A program made the position numbers and the translations under genes. Positions 10,105 to 20,527 of a stretch of DNA of 64,000 bases are shown here, piece by piece. The DNA is from Diplonema japonicum (lineage: Eukaryota > Protista > Euglenozoa: Diplonemea), in NCBI GenBank assembly GCA_964019335.1, contig OZ025714.1, positions 433,901 to 497,900 of the forward strand, in the 5' to 3' direction. Position 1 is the first letter of the stretch. Every line of letters begins with the position of its first letter. The notes under the pieces were generated by a model. That model ran no database searches and was not told the origin of the DNA. It worked only from the letters and a program-made list of their open reading frames with translations.

Positions 10105-12192
10105 TTAATTTTTTTTATCGTGAACTCTGTGCCGCTTAATCTTCCAAAGTGCCACGAGTATAAGGCACAGATTCATGGCTGAGAAGTAATAGCCTGTTGC
10201 ACGGTGCTTTGGAACGGTGTAAGTGACTTTCGGGGCACGGGGCTTGGTGGAGACCATAGCAGTGCAGCCCAGTGTGTCGTTGTAGAGGGTGGCCGTGCGT
10301 GGGTAGGTCAGGATGAGCGAGAACTCCTGCTGTGCTTGCGGAAAAGACACATGAACAGCCCAAAAGCCTTTCTCGGCTGGGAATGTCCACTTCTTTAGGT
10401 TTGGCAGCGAGGCGTCTGACTTGATGACGTCGGAAGGTGTGTGGACCGCCACCTGCAGCGGGTGCTCCCGTCCCTTCTCCGTCCACGAGACGGTCAGGAC
10501 AACCTCTCCTTCCGCGTCTGCGGCTCGGAAACACACTCTGGTGTCTTCTGCCTTCGCACTGCCTTCCAGCAGCACCACGTTCTGTTCAAAGACGCCTTGC
10601 AGCTCCACCCTCCCGTGGCCTTGGAACGGGTCCGGCGCTGCCTTCCGTTTGAAAACCTCCCACCGCTTTGTGCCATCGTAGTTGATTCCCCCTGTGAGCT
10701 TCACCGCCGTGTGCACAAGAAGCCCCCGTATCAGTGCTGAGGACGGGGATGCAGGCACAGGCTCACCCAACCCATACCTAGCCTTGGCTCCCTTCAAGAT
10801 GGCTTCCCTGAGTAACGCTGCAGCACCACCGATGAGCGCTGTCGCTACCGACGACCCTGTGTGCGGGATCAAGCCATGGGTTGTGTTCGCCCTCGGCAGC
10901 AGCACCATGTCGGCGGGTGCCACCACGTCGGGCTTCACACGTTCAGAAGCGAAGCTCCCCCTCCCTGACACCGACAACACGTTCTCGGATGACCACTTAG
11001 GGTACTGGAAGGGCGTCTCGAAGGGCCCGGTCACTCTGCACCCTTCGATGTCCTTTCCGTCCTCCGCAGAGATCATGAAGGACGGCAGGTACTCTTCCGT
11101 GTCCGTGTCTTCCACCTCCATTGGCCCGTCGACGAAGGGTTTGTTGTTCACCACAAGTAGCATTTTCGCTTGCTTGGCATTTGCTGCCTTGACAGAGAAG
11201 AAGCACTCACCGCGTGCTGCAACGAACACAGCGTTCACTTGAGTCAAATTGGCCGCCCTCCCGCACCCATACGCCCCACCAGAGTGCGCCACGATAGGTG
11301 TGTCATATATTGCCTTCACAGGGTATGGGGAGAACTGTCCCCTGTACGCAAATATCTTGCGCATGACTCCCTTGCAAGTGAGTTCCAGCTGAAGTGACGG
11401 GTAGCCGAGCGCTTTGCGTGCTGCCTGTAGGGGTTCTATGCCCCCTGCGGTGAGCGTGTTTCGCGAAGTGTGAGGTTGGCAGATGTTGTTCTCTCCACAG
11501 CGTCCGCCTTCCGGAAAGAACTCGCACTTTTTGAGCCCGTTGTTGCCTGCAGCCCCTACGAGCACGGCGTCGGGGTACTTCAGTGCAAAGGTGTCGAGGC
11601 TGTTGGACGTCCTTGGCCCGCCGCCGCAGAAGGCCATGACGAAAACCCTCGCACCCTGCTCGTAGAGGGTCTCGAGGGGCTTCATGAGGTTGTGGGGTAT
11701 CTCAAGGCTGCCGTTGTAGGTGCGAGAGAGGGACCAAAGAGCGAGCTTTGCAGCGGGTGCGACACCGTTGCTGTAGTGAGAAGTGGCAAGGGGTGGGACC
11801 CGGAAGGATGCGGGGTTGGGGGTGGTGACGTGGCCTGGGGCTTGGCAATGACCGACCGCAGCGCCTGCCATAGAAGTGCCGTGGCTGTTGAGGCGGGTGT
11901 CGTTGTGGTGGGTGTATCCCCATGGGTTCCCAAGGTACACGATCTTCCTGTGGCCCTCAATGGGGATGTTGTTCGGGAGCTGCTCATGCGCCGCGTCGTC
12001 AAAGGCACAGTGGAAGTTATCGAGGCCTGTGTCCAACACACCTACCACCTCCCCCTCGCCCCTTAGCCCCATGTCATGCAGCGTGTTCGTCAGCTCATTA
12101 CCACTCTGCACATAGGGCACCGCATACCGCATGCCACTCACAGCATCATGCACCAGCATCACCCACATGGCCATCCATCGCAAGGAAGCCAT
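10105..12192 (-). CDS. Membrane-anchored subtilisin-like S8 peptidase with PA domain
   Basis: Catalytic motifs VLDTG, HGT, AAGN and TGSSVATA; KPDVVAP; PA insert ARGECFFSVKAANA; signal peptide from MASLRW; C-terminal TM. Confidence 0.88.
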   Translation of the reverse strand: MASLRWMAMWVMLVHDAVSGMRYAVPYVQSGNELTNTLHDMGLRGEGEVVGVLDTGLDNFHCAFDDAAHEQLPNNIPIEGHRKIVYLGNPWGYTHHNDTRLNSHGTSMAGAAVGHCQAPGHVTTPNPASFRVPPLATSHYSNGVAPAAKLALWSLSRTYNGSLEIPHNLMKPLETLYEQGARVFVMAFCGGGPRTSNSLDTFALKYPDAVLVGAAGNNGLKKCEFFPEGGRCGENNICQPHTSRNTLTAGGIEPLQAARKALGYPSLQLELTCKGVMRKIFAYRGQFSPYPVKAIYDTPIVAHSGGAYGCGRAANLTQVNAVFVAARGECFFSVKAANAKQAKMLLVVNNKPFVDGPMEVEDTDTEEYLPSFMISAEDGKDIEGCRVTGPFETPFQYPKWSSENVLSVSGRGSFASERVKPDVVAPADMVLLPRANTTHGLIPHTGSSVATALIGGAAALLREAILKGAKARYGLGEPVPASPSSALIRGLLVHTAVKLTGGINYDGTKRWEVFKRKAAPDPFQGHGRVELQGVFEQNVVLLEGSAKAEDTRVCFRAADAEGEVVLTVSWTEKGREHPLQVAVHTPSDVIKSDASLPNLKKWTFPAEKGFWAVHVSFPQAQQEFSLILTYPRTATLYNDTLGCTAMVSTKPRAPKVTYTVPKHRATGYYFSAMNLCLILVALWKIKRHRVHDKKN

Positions 12193-12456
12193 CCCCTGTG
12201 AAGAAGACCCCTGGTGCGGGGAAGGGAAGAAGAATAAGAGGCAAGGAACGAGAAGAATAAAAGAGCCATGTGTTTGCGCACACGGTATACATCCATGGGA
12301 TAAGTACTGCATGTTACACTTTTGCTAGAAAAAGAAGAATAAAAAGTACGCCTTTTTTTTTTTTTTTTTAAATTATTCTCCTGTTTTCTCGTTATCAAAC
12401 AAGGAATTGGTGTGAAGGTTGAGATAATTTTTGAAGCGGGTAAGGGAGAGGGGAAT

Positions 12457-12786
12457 CTATTCCTGCTCTCTCACAGCAACGCCTGTGAGCTCTACTGTCT
12501 GCCCGATGCCTTCTGGTTGGTATATGGTGTTGGTGACCTGCACAGGCAGTGCTGTTGTGAGTGTGGGCGTGGACCCCTTGTTGCGGTTGTAGAAGAAAAC
12601 TGCAAGGAAGATGAGCGCTGTCAGAAAAGCGAGAAATATGCAAAACCAACCGGCAAGCTTTGCACCCTCAGTGGGCTTCTCATAATGCCTATAGTTGTAA
12701 TCATAGCCATCTCTGGGCACGCAGCGCCACCTCCCTTCCTGGCGCACACACTGATAATCAAAACGGCACGGACCACAATGACTCAT
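12457..12786 (-). CDS. Small single-pass membrane protein with one Cys-rich module
   Basis: 109 aa: CGPCRFDYQCVRQEGRWRCVP followed by a hydrophobic TM. Confidence 0.6.
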   Translation of the reverse strand: MSHCGPCRFDYQCVRQEGRWRCVPRDGYDYNYRHYEKPTEGAKLAGWFCIFLAFLTALIFLAVFFYNRNKGSTPTLTTALPVQVTNTIYQPEGIGQTVELTGVAVREQE

Positions 12787-13628
12787 TTCTTTTTATTTTG
12801 CCCTTTGGTTTAAGAATAGGGGGACTGGCCTGTGTCAGACAAGGAGTAAATAAAAAAACAAAGAAGGAGCAAGAATTATTAAAAAAAAAAGGGGGGGGAA
12901 ATAAAACAACAAGAACTCTCTATCGTGCTGGTGGGGTAAAAAAAAAAGAAAAGAAAAAAAAACTCCCCCCTTTTTTTTTCTGTTTCTGTTCTTTTATCTG
13001 ACCAGCTTTTTTTTTCCCCCATTTTTTTTTTTTTTTTTTTTGTTCTCGTGTTTACTTTTTTTTCCCCCCCTTTTCTTTTTTTTTTCTTTCGCACACATTC
13101 CATTCCTTTTGCACATTTCTTTTTCTTTTTTTTCCACTGCGTATGCATCCATCTTCACACGAAGATGGATAAGAATAACAAAAAAAACCGCTTACACGAC
13201 ACAGCAATGGACTCGTCTAGTAAATCGCCAAAGGGGGAACGGGAATAGAGAGGAAGAGTGGGGGGGTCTCAAAAAAATTAAATATTTACCTCGGCCATTT
13301 TTATGTATTTATTTCAATCTCTCTTTTTTTTTTTTTTTTTTTTTTCTTTTTTTCTTTTTTTTTTTCCTGTTTTATAATTATTTCTTTTTGAATTTCTTTA
13401 TACTCTCGCGTTCATCCCCAAGTTGCCAAAAGGATATGACGAGAGGGAAAGGGAAGCAGATAGAGGAGTGACGGAAAAAAAAAAAAAAAAATTGAAACTT
13501 TTTTTTTTGAAACAGGGGGGGAAGAAAACGGGTATAGTGAGTTTGAGAGAGCAAATAATAATAAAAAAGGAAGAAGAAAAAAAACTATAAAAAAAGCGCG
13601 TATTTTATTATTATTATTATTTTTGTCA

Positions 13629-14687
13629 TCACTGCTCACTCACGTTGTCATTAACAACAAGGGGCTCCTTGTCCTCTGTGAGGGGGTCAGACTTGACAGC
13701 AATATCGATAAGGTCCACCTCCTTGGCAGGGAAAGCGACTTCGGTGGGCACACCTGCCACAGGGACGGCAGCTGGTTTCTTGTTGCAGCACCTGCACAAC
13801 ACAACAATGATGAATCCTACAAAGCTGATCTTGCACAGCAGCTTCAGTCCCTTGAAGGCCATGTGGCGCCACTTGTGGCGCCTGTGGTGGTGGTGGTGAT
13901 CTTCGTCATCATTGTCATCATCATCATCATCATCATCATCATCGCTGTCCCATTCCTTCCTCGCGTGCTCCATGTGCTGACCCCACATCTCGTGTTCCTC
14001 AGCGGTCGATACACACATCTGTTCGCCGTCCTTGAACCTGCACACAAAGTCACTGGGGCATTCCTTGTCGCACTTCAGGTTGCGGCGCAGCCAAGCCCAC
14101 CACTCGTGTTCCTTCCTCTCGACACACTTTTGCTCGCCTTCCCTCATCCTGCATACAAGGTTCTCAGGGCACACCTTTTCGCACATCTGCTGGCGGTGGC
14201 GGCGCATCTTCGCACGCCAGCTCTCACCCCTCTTGACGCAGACCTCTTCGTCGCCTCTCATTCTGCAGACGCTGCCTTGCTCGCATTCCCTGTCGCACTT
14301 CTTGAAGTGGTTGTCGCGCCATTCCCTCCAACCCTCGGTCATGTTCTTGCGGAGCTCGCTAAGCTTGTCCTTGTTGACACAGACCTGCATCTCACCGATG
14401 GCGATGCACCGCTGCCCTTCGGGGCATGACTTGGAGCATCTGTGGGTTCTCATCGCGTGTAGCCACTGTGCGCGGTGGTCACCTTTGTGCTCTTCACCCC
14501 AGCCACGGTGTGCCCAGTGGTTGTCAGCAGAGGGCTCCTGCCCGCCCTTGTTTTCCCAATTCCTCCAGCGACGGCCGCGACTGTCCCTTTCGTTGTTGTG
14601 GTTGTGACCGTCACGTTCCTCGCGGCGTTCCCAGTCGCGCTGGGCACACACAGTGCCCAACAGTGTCAGAAGCAGTGCCGTCTTCAT
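13629..14687 (-). CDS. Type I membrane/surface protein with four Cys-rich repeats and poly-D/poly-H tracts
   Basis: Signal peptide; 4x CxxxCxxxxxCxxxxGxxxCV; poly-Asp; TM near the C-terminus. Confidence 0.8.
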   Translation of the reverse strand: MKTALLLTLLGTVCAQRDWERREERDGHNHNNERDSRGRRWRNWENKGGQEPSADNHWAHRGWGEEHKGDHRAQWLHAMRTHRCSKSCPEGQRCIAIGEMQVCVNKDKLSELRKNMTEGWREWRDNHFKKCDRECEQGSVCRMRGDEEVCVKRGESWRAKMRRHRQQMCEKVCPENLVCRMREGEQKCVERKEHEWWAWLRRNLKCDKECPSDFVCRFKDGEQMCVSTAEEHEMWGQHMEHARKEWDSDDDDDDDDDDNDDEDHHHHHRRHKWRHMAFKGLKLLCKISFVGFIIVVLCRCCNKKPAAVPVAGVPTEVAFPAKEVDLIDIAVKSDPLTEDKEPLVVNDNVSEQ

Positions 14688-15185
14688 GTTTCCTAGCTGT
14701 TTGGTGTTTCACGCGGCAGAGAAAAAGAACTGAAATATGTAGAGCAGAGAGCTATAGATAGAAGAAGAGGGTGGTAGTGGTTGTATAGTAGCCTCGGACC
14801 CCGCTTTACAATCTTGAAGACAAGATTACAGCATCTACAAAAAAGATCAGGCGATTGCTATTAATTTTACAATGTCCAAACTCCGTTTTCTCTCTCGTTT
14901 ATTCTTTTTTCTTGTATCATTGCAGCAAGAAAGCAGCTCAAGGATATGAGGCACAAAAAAAGGGGGAGCGGGAGGAGGGGAGAAGAGAGAGAGAGTACTT
15001 GCTTTACGGGAATCAAGTTTTCTACTGTAATGTTGGGAAAGAAAAAAAAGAAAAAAAAACGTGTTTGGACCGTCGTCCACACCGCTGCTGCAGATATGTG
15101 TGGTCGTGTATCGAAGCTGCTGGGGACACAGCTTGGGGTTTAAAAAAAAGAAAACTATTTATCATCCGGAGAGAGAAGGGCGCTT

Positions 15186-15611
15186 TCAAACATTCTCCAC
15201 ATTCTCCATTTTCTTGACATCGAATAGCTCCTCCTCCTTGCCCTCTGGGAGGGTCTCTATAGCATTAGCAGGCACCCCGTTCACTGGGGAGTTCTTATCG
15301 GCGGCGGCGGCGGCCTTCTTCTCGTTGTTGCGCCTATTCATAAGGCAGCACGCCACAACACATAGGACAACTACAAGTACCGCAGCAGAGATGCACAGGG
15401 CCACCTTCAGCGATTTGCTATCATCATCATCATCATCATCGGTAGATCCATGGCGGCGACCTCCGTATTTATGATTCTTCCAATACCCCGTGTGGCCTCC
15501 CCTGTGTTTTCCCTTGTGGTGCGCTGTCTCTGCGATCCCAGCATCACTAGTGTCCTCCCCGAGGCACATGCACACAAGCATCGCAAGCTGAACAGCGATC
15601 ACTGCCTTCAT
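15186..15611 (-). CDS. Small type I membrane protein
   Basis: Signal peptide, His/Gly-rich ectodomain, poly-D, TM, and a tail resembling that of 13629-14687. Confidence 0.75.
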   Translation of the reverse strand: MKAVIAVQLAMLVCMCLGEDTSDAGIAETAHHKGKHRGGHTGYWKNHKYGGRRHGSTDDDDDDDSKSLKVALCISAAVLVVVLCVVACCLMNRRNNEKKAAAAADKNSPVNGVPANAIETLPEGKEEELFDVKKMENVENV

Positions 15612-16229
15612 TTTTTTTTTAAAAATAAAATAAGTAATAGCACCTTTTTTTTTCTTTTTTTTTCCCCTTCTTTTTTTCTTTTTTCAATGGGATGCGATAA
15701 GTATTGAATAACAATTTTCTTTTTTATCAGAAGGAAGAAAATAGAGAAAAAAGAAAAAAAAAAGAGAAAAAAAAAAGAGACATTTAAGAAAAAAAAAAAG
15801 CAGAGAGAAGGTCTTCCCCCCCCGTGGGTGGTGCGAGCGGCTCAGCATGAAGATCAGAAGATTCTCAAAAAGCAAAAGAAGAAGAAGAGGGCAGGTGTGG
15901 CCACCTGACTTTGGTTCTGTTGCTTCTCTTATCACACCCCGCAAAGAGAATAAGGGGTGCAGGCGTCGTGTACATCACGAAAGTGCGGCGAAGAACGACA
16001 CCATCCAAGGATCCCTTACTCGGTCTCGGTATCACCCCGGCGGCATTATTCTGCCTTGTCGCGCCACCCTCGGGGCCAGCTTCGGTGCCGCTTTCCCTTG
16101 CACCGGTAGTACCTGTAGTGTTAAGCTTAGACTCGCTGGGTGAGATAGAAAACAAAGACTAAAGAGACAAAATAAAGGTAAAATAAGAAAGAAAAAAAAA
16201 GTTTGCTGTGTTAACAGCAAGGCGGTTCG

Positions 16230-16841
16230 TCATTTCGCTGCCAATCTCTCGATGGTGTTCGACCACTGCTTGTCCGACCGCACAGGGCACTGCCTCAAGG
16301 TGTTGGCGATGTACTTGTCGTGCAGCTTCTGATCGCGCTCCTTGTTGTTCTCCATGGGTTTGGAGTAGAGGCGTATGTTGGCCTCTTTTTCTTGTTCCTT
16401 TTCCAGCTTCTTCGAGGGGGGTTCCACAGTGTACTTTGCGGCGAGAGTGGCCTTGGTGGTTTCCTTGGTGCGCAGTGCTTGGTGGAAGACACGCTGGAGT
16501 GACTCGTCTAGTTCGTCAGATGTAAGGGTCTTCCCATTCCCTGTGGGGGAGAGTTGGGAGAGCCGTGTCTCACGTTTCGCTTTGTCCTTGTCCAGGGCTT
16601 GGTTGTATAGACGTGTTATGCTGTCTTCAAGACGGGTTTTTGACACAACCGTCTTCTTCAGCAAGGGCTCAGGGTCCTTTGGCAGCGGTCTCACCTTGTG
16701 TAACCGTTCTACCGACTTATCCAGCTGATCCTTCGACAGTTTCGGCAGCTGCGGGCACGCGGAGTACGGGTTCGCACTGTTCGCCCTCAGCTGCGACATC
16801 ATCATCACCTGCCTCGTGTGCGGTGTGGCGGTGACGCTCAT
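16230..16841 (-). CDS. Hypothetical protein with internal (L)xxSxxRL(Y/H) repeats
   Basis: SVERLH / SITRLY / SLQRVF / ANIRLY / TIERLA repeats; CAG acceptor before the ATG. Confidence 0.6.
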   Translation of the reverse strand: MSVTATPHTRQVMMMSQLRANSANPYSACPQLPKLSKDQLDKSVERLHKVRPLPKDPEPLLKKTVVSKTRLEDSITRLYNQALDKDKAKRETRLSQLSPTGNGKTLTSDELDESLQRVFHQALRTKETTKATLAAKYTVEPPSKKLEKEQEKEANIRLYSKPMENNKERDQKLHDKYIANTLRQCPVRSDKQWSNTIERLAAK

Positions 16842-17261
16842 CCTCAACCTGCCAGAGTTCAATTAAGAAGGGAAGCATTGCTCGAACAGAAAAAAAAATG
16901 GGGGCAAATAGATATGTGTAAGTAAGTATACGGAAGTATAAAGGATAATATGAGGTTAATGTTAATGGGGGAAAGAGGGGGGGATCAGGTAAAGAAGTCA
17001 GAAAAAAAAAAAAAGAGAGGGTGGAGGACCTCAGCGGAAAGGTTTAAAACAGATACTGTAAACCTTCTTAACTATGTTCCCGGGGGGGGGGGGGGGCAAA
17101 TATTATCTTATGATGTTTTATTATTACTATTTTCTTTTTTTTTTTTGCAATGCACACATCCCCTCTGGGAAACAAAATAGATGGGCATAAAAAACAACAG
17201 GTTTACAGTACTTTTTTTTTGTTCGAAGGCACTGAGGGAAAAAAAAAAAAGAAAAAAAAAA

Positions 17262-18302
17262 CTAACTTATCAGCTGCTGATCTGCCGTGATGTATTGGTG
17301 CAAGACGGGGGCTTTGGGTGGCTGCGGAGATCTCCTTCTGCTTTCTGTAGAATAGAGGGATGGCGGGAGGGACTGGACTAAGGGGGCAGGGGAAGGGTCC
17401 ACGTGCATAACATATGGGTGGTGCTGTATCTGGTCTGCCCTGATGCGTGCCTTGGGGTTGTAGGTGAGACAGGCCTTAATAAGGGATCGCAAGTCGGGGT
17501 CCTCAAGGGTGTCGAGGTAAGACCTCTGTGCCGCCTGTTGCCTTCTTGTAGACAAGGAATGCATTATTCTTAACCCCTTTTCGCTTTTTGCAAGGACATC
17601 CGGAAGCGGTCCTACATGTCTCTCAAGCAGCGCCACGTGGTGCCCGTCGTTGGTGAAGTTGAAAAGAGGCATCCCTGTGGCCACTTCATAGAGGACACAC
17701 CCCAACGACCACACGTCAACCCCGTAGGACCACGGCAGGGAGAAGGTCGCTTCTGGTGCACGGTAGGGCCTTGTGCTGATCAGATCAGAGTCACCATTTT
17801 CGCTAAAAAACGAAGCACTACCAAAATCACAAATAGACCACCCATCGCCCAGCTGGTCTCTGCACGGGGAGCTCGTGTCCAGCAAGATGTTCTCCGGCTT
17901 CAGATCTGTGTGTATAATCTTACAATCGAAATGAATGAAGCGCAGTGCAGAAGCCATGTCACGCGCCAAGGACGCCACCATTCTCCTGTTGACGTGCGGG
18001 CTCCCGAATTGCCTGCTCTTCAGAGTGGGCCCCAGCAGCTTGAACACAAAGCAGGGACACCCTTCGTTGATGAAATGTGCCTTGACGCGGGCAACCTTCT
18101 CCGCCCCTGTCTTGTCCTTATCCACCATGCACCTTAGCACCTCTAGTTCAAACCTGGAGTCCTTGTAGTACTGCCTTTCGAGTATCTTGATAGCCACGAC
18201 CCGCCCCCTCGCGAGGTCCACCGCTTTCATCACTTTAGCGAAGTTCCCCTTTCCCACCTGCTCCATCAGTCTGTACCTGTTGGAGATGACATGGTCCGCC
18301 AT
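17262..18302 (-). CDS. CMGC protein kinase, CLK/LAMMER-like
   Basis: GKGNFAKV, HTDLKPENIL, DFG, STRPYRAPE, and HHVALLERHVGPLP (similar to EHLAMMERILGPLP). Confidence 0.88.
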   Translation of the reverse strand: MADHVISNRYRLMEQVGKGNFAKVMKAVDLARGRVVAIKILERQYYKDSRFELEVLRCMVDKDKTGAEKVARVKAHFINEGCPCFVFKLLGPTLKSRQFGSPHVNRRMVASLARDMASALRFIHFDCKIIHTDLKPENILLDTSSPCRDQLGDGWSICDFGSASFFSENGDSDLISTRPYRAPEATFSLPWSYGVDVWSLGCVLYEVATGMPLFNFTNDGHHVALLERHVGPLPDVLAKSEKGLRIMHSLSTRRQQAAQRSYLDTLEDPDLRSLIKACLTYNPKARIRADQIQHHPYVMHVDPSPAPLVQSLPPSLYSTESRRRSPQPPKAPVLHQYITADQQLIS

Positions 18303-18715
18303 GTGGTGTGTTGAACTGTAGTGGCTGGTGGGTGGCAGGCTTTTCTTTAATATAAAAATAGTGAAACATGTGTACAGAGGCCGTAGTGCCGCACTACTTG
18401 CATGAGTAGTTGTAGCTCTTGAGCTGTGTGGGTGTTGTGGCATTGTATCGCTGGCATACTTCAAAATCAGGACCGCTGCCCTCCTTTCGTGCACCAGAGC
18501 ACACCACCGACGCAGTGGTCATGATATTCTTGGGTCCAAAGGTGACATCGGGCGTGGCGATCTGTGTGAATTGTGATGTTCTAAAAAAGCCAATACCGTG
18601 GCATAGCCGGAGAAGGATTTAGGGTCGAAGCCAGGCATCTTAGTTTTGGTTGTAGTGTAAGGTGTCTGTGTGGATAACGAACAGCACGCTGTCAAAGAGA
18701 GTAAGATGTTACTTG

Positions 18716-20041
18716 TTAAGGTAGAACGATTTCTTCGTCGTAGTTGTCAAGACACTTGTCGACCTTCCTCAGCACTTCTGCGATCCTCTTTTCACATAGG
18801 TGTATCTTGTTCTTTCCGAGTGCGGCGAAGGCCTCGCTGGGCATCGCCCGCGTCATGGATTTGGTGAAGGTGGTTTGCAGCTCGCGAAGTTTTGCAACGA
18901 GTCGAGCTTGAAAGATACACATTTCCCATTCCTTGCCGTTGATAGGGTTTCTCTGTGGGGTGTAGAAGCACATGCCGTTGTCAAGGTGCACGAAAGAGGG
19001 CCACCCAGGGTGTCGTGGGGTGTCTAGCTTCTTTGTGCATTTCCCTTTGCATGCACCGACCACAAAGTTGTTCTTGTTCGGCGACCTGTCGCTGTTCCCC
19101 ATCACATAGTCGTACGTCACCAGTTCGCTGATGTGGTAGATCGAGGTTTTGATGTTTGGGGGGTATGGGTGGCGTGGGTCCAGCCACCTGGACCACGACC
19201 CATTGTGCGCTTTATAGGGAATCGCCAAAGCCGAGTCCAGCAGCCTGCGTACGTCAGCAACGAACAGCTGCACCGACACGTGGACCTTCCCGTCATGCAC
19301 AAGTGACCGCTCCCTGGCAAACTGTGAGAAGTCCTTCGTGACCCATTCGATGAAACTGCCTGCAGAGGCTTCCTTCGCAAACTGCTGCACAAGACTCATC
19401 TTCTTCCCATGTTCTGCTACAGAGTCCATGAACACCTTCACGGGGACGGGTACCCACCCAGTGGGTGGCACTCTATTCACCTCCATCACCCTGTCTCCAT
19501 GGTATGCTCCTACCTCTGAGATCCCCTCCACGGGGAATGACCTCTGCGGCACTTTCACAATTGCATGAAGGCGGTCTTCTTTGAATGTGACCTTGAACTT
19601 GATGGTTCGCATGTCGAAGGCTTGTGGTAAGGGTTTCACCTTCTCCCAGTTGTCCAAGTCAGACATGTAGGAAATGCATCGCTTGTCCTTCTCAGGGTCG
19701 AAGGGCACGGTGAATATGTCGCACCCGGTGTTGCTCTTCACCTCTTGCCAGTCCTCGGGCACTTCCTTGCCCCACGTTGCTTTGTCTGTTTCACTAGCAA
19801 GCAACCCTTCGATGACTGAAAGTCCCTTGTTTTCGTCATTGCCACCTTGGTTGGCATGACTGGAGACCGCTTTCTTCACATTTCTTTTGGTTTTCTTTGG
19901 TCTCATATCGTCTTTCCTGCCAATCGTGTCCCCCGCCCTGCGCTTAGCAGTCAGGCCAAATGCCCACAGTGTTGTCAGGGATACAAATAGCAACACGATC
20001 CATAGTTTGAAGACAGTAGTGCCCCGTCCGCCACGGTGCAT
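18716..20041 (-). CDS. FAM20/four-jointed-like secretory-pathway kinase
   Basis: N-terminal signal anchor; EVGAYHGDRVM, DYVMGNSDR and HLDNG motifs. Confidence 0.7.
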   Translation of the reverse strand: MHRGGRGTTVFKLWIVLLFVSLTTLWAFGLTAKRRAGDTIGRKDDMRPKKTKRNVKKAVSSHANQGGNDENKGLSVIEGLLASETDKATWGKEVPEDWQEVKSNTGCDIFTVPFDPEKDKRCISYMSDLDNWEKVKPLPQAFDMRTIKFKVTFKEDRLHAIVKVPQRSFPVEGISEVGAYHGDRVMEVNRVPPTGWVPVPVKVFMDSVAEHGKKMSLVQQFAKEASAGSFIEWVTKDFSQFARERSLVHDGKVHVSVQLFVADVRRLLDSALAIPYKAHNGSWSRWLDPRHPYPPNIKTSIYHISELVTYDYVMGNSDRSPNKNNFVVGACKGKCTKKLDTPRHPGWPSFVHLDNGMCFYTPQRNPINGKEWEMCIFQARLVAKLRELQTTFTKSMTRAMPSEAFAALGKNKIHLCEKRIAEVLRKVDKCLDNYDEEIVLP

Positions 20042-20090
20042 CCCTACCTGTGTGTATTGCAAGAAGCAAGGCCGAAGCAACAAAAGAGTG

Positions 20091-20498
20091 CTAGCACAAC
20101 ATTTCAGCAACCTCTTGTGACACCTCTAGCACCGACCGTGTCCTTGCCTTGCTCGCAACTTGTGCTTCTTCCTCATAACTTATTTCTTCCCGAGAGCAAC
20201 GCTCCATAAGGAAGCTGACACCCCCTTCCCATCTCACTTCATGGGGTAGGGTAGCCTTTCCTTTTTCGATAGGGTCAGAGACAGCCTCAGCACCAGCCAA
20301 CCCCATGTACAGGTACTCTTCTTTTACCAGCACCCATCTGCTTACTTTGTTGAGGTACACGAACGCACCACGTGTAGCAAAGAGAGGGTCCTCAGGGGTG
20401 TACGGGTTACTATGTAAATAGTATGGTCCCTGGGGCATGTCAGGCGGCGAGACTAACCTCAGTGCGCAGTCAGCACCAAACTCCATGTTACCTAACAT
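20091..20498 (-). CDS. Hypothetical protein (possibly the last exon of the 20528-22240 gene)
   Basis: 135-aa ORF co-oriented with its neighbours, 29 nt downstream of the previous stop. Confidence 0.45.
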   Translation of the reverse strand: MLGNMEFGADCALRLVSPPDMPQGPYYLHSNPYTPEDPLFATRGAFVYLNKVSRWVLVKEEYLYMGLAGAEAVSDPIEKGKATLPHEVRWEGGVSFLMERCSREEISYEEEAQVASKARTRSVLEVSQEVAEMLC

Positions 20499-20527
20499 GG
20501 GTCGTAACTAGCAAATGAATGCAAAAC

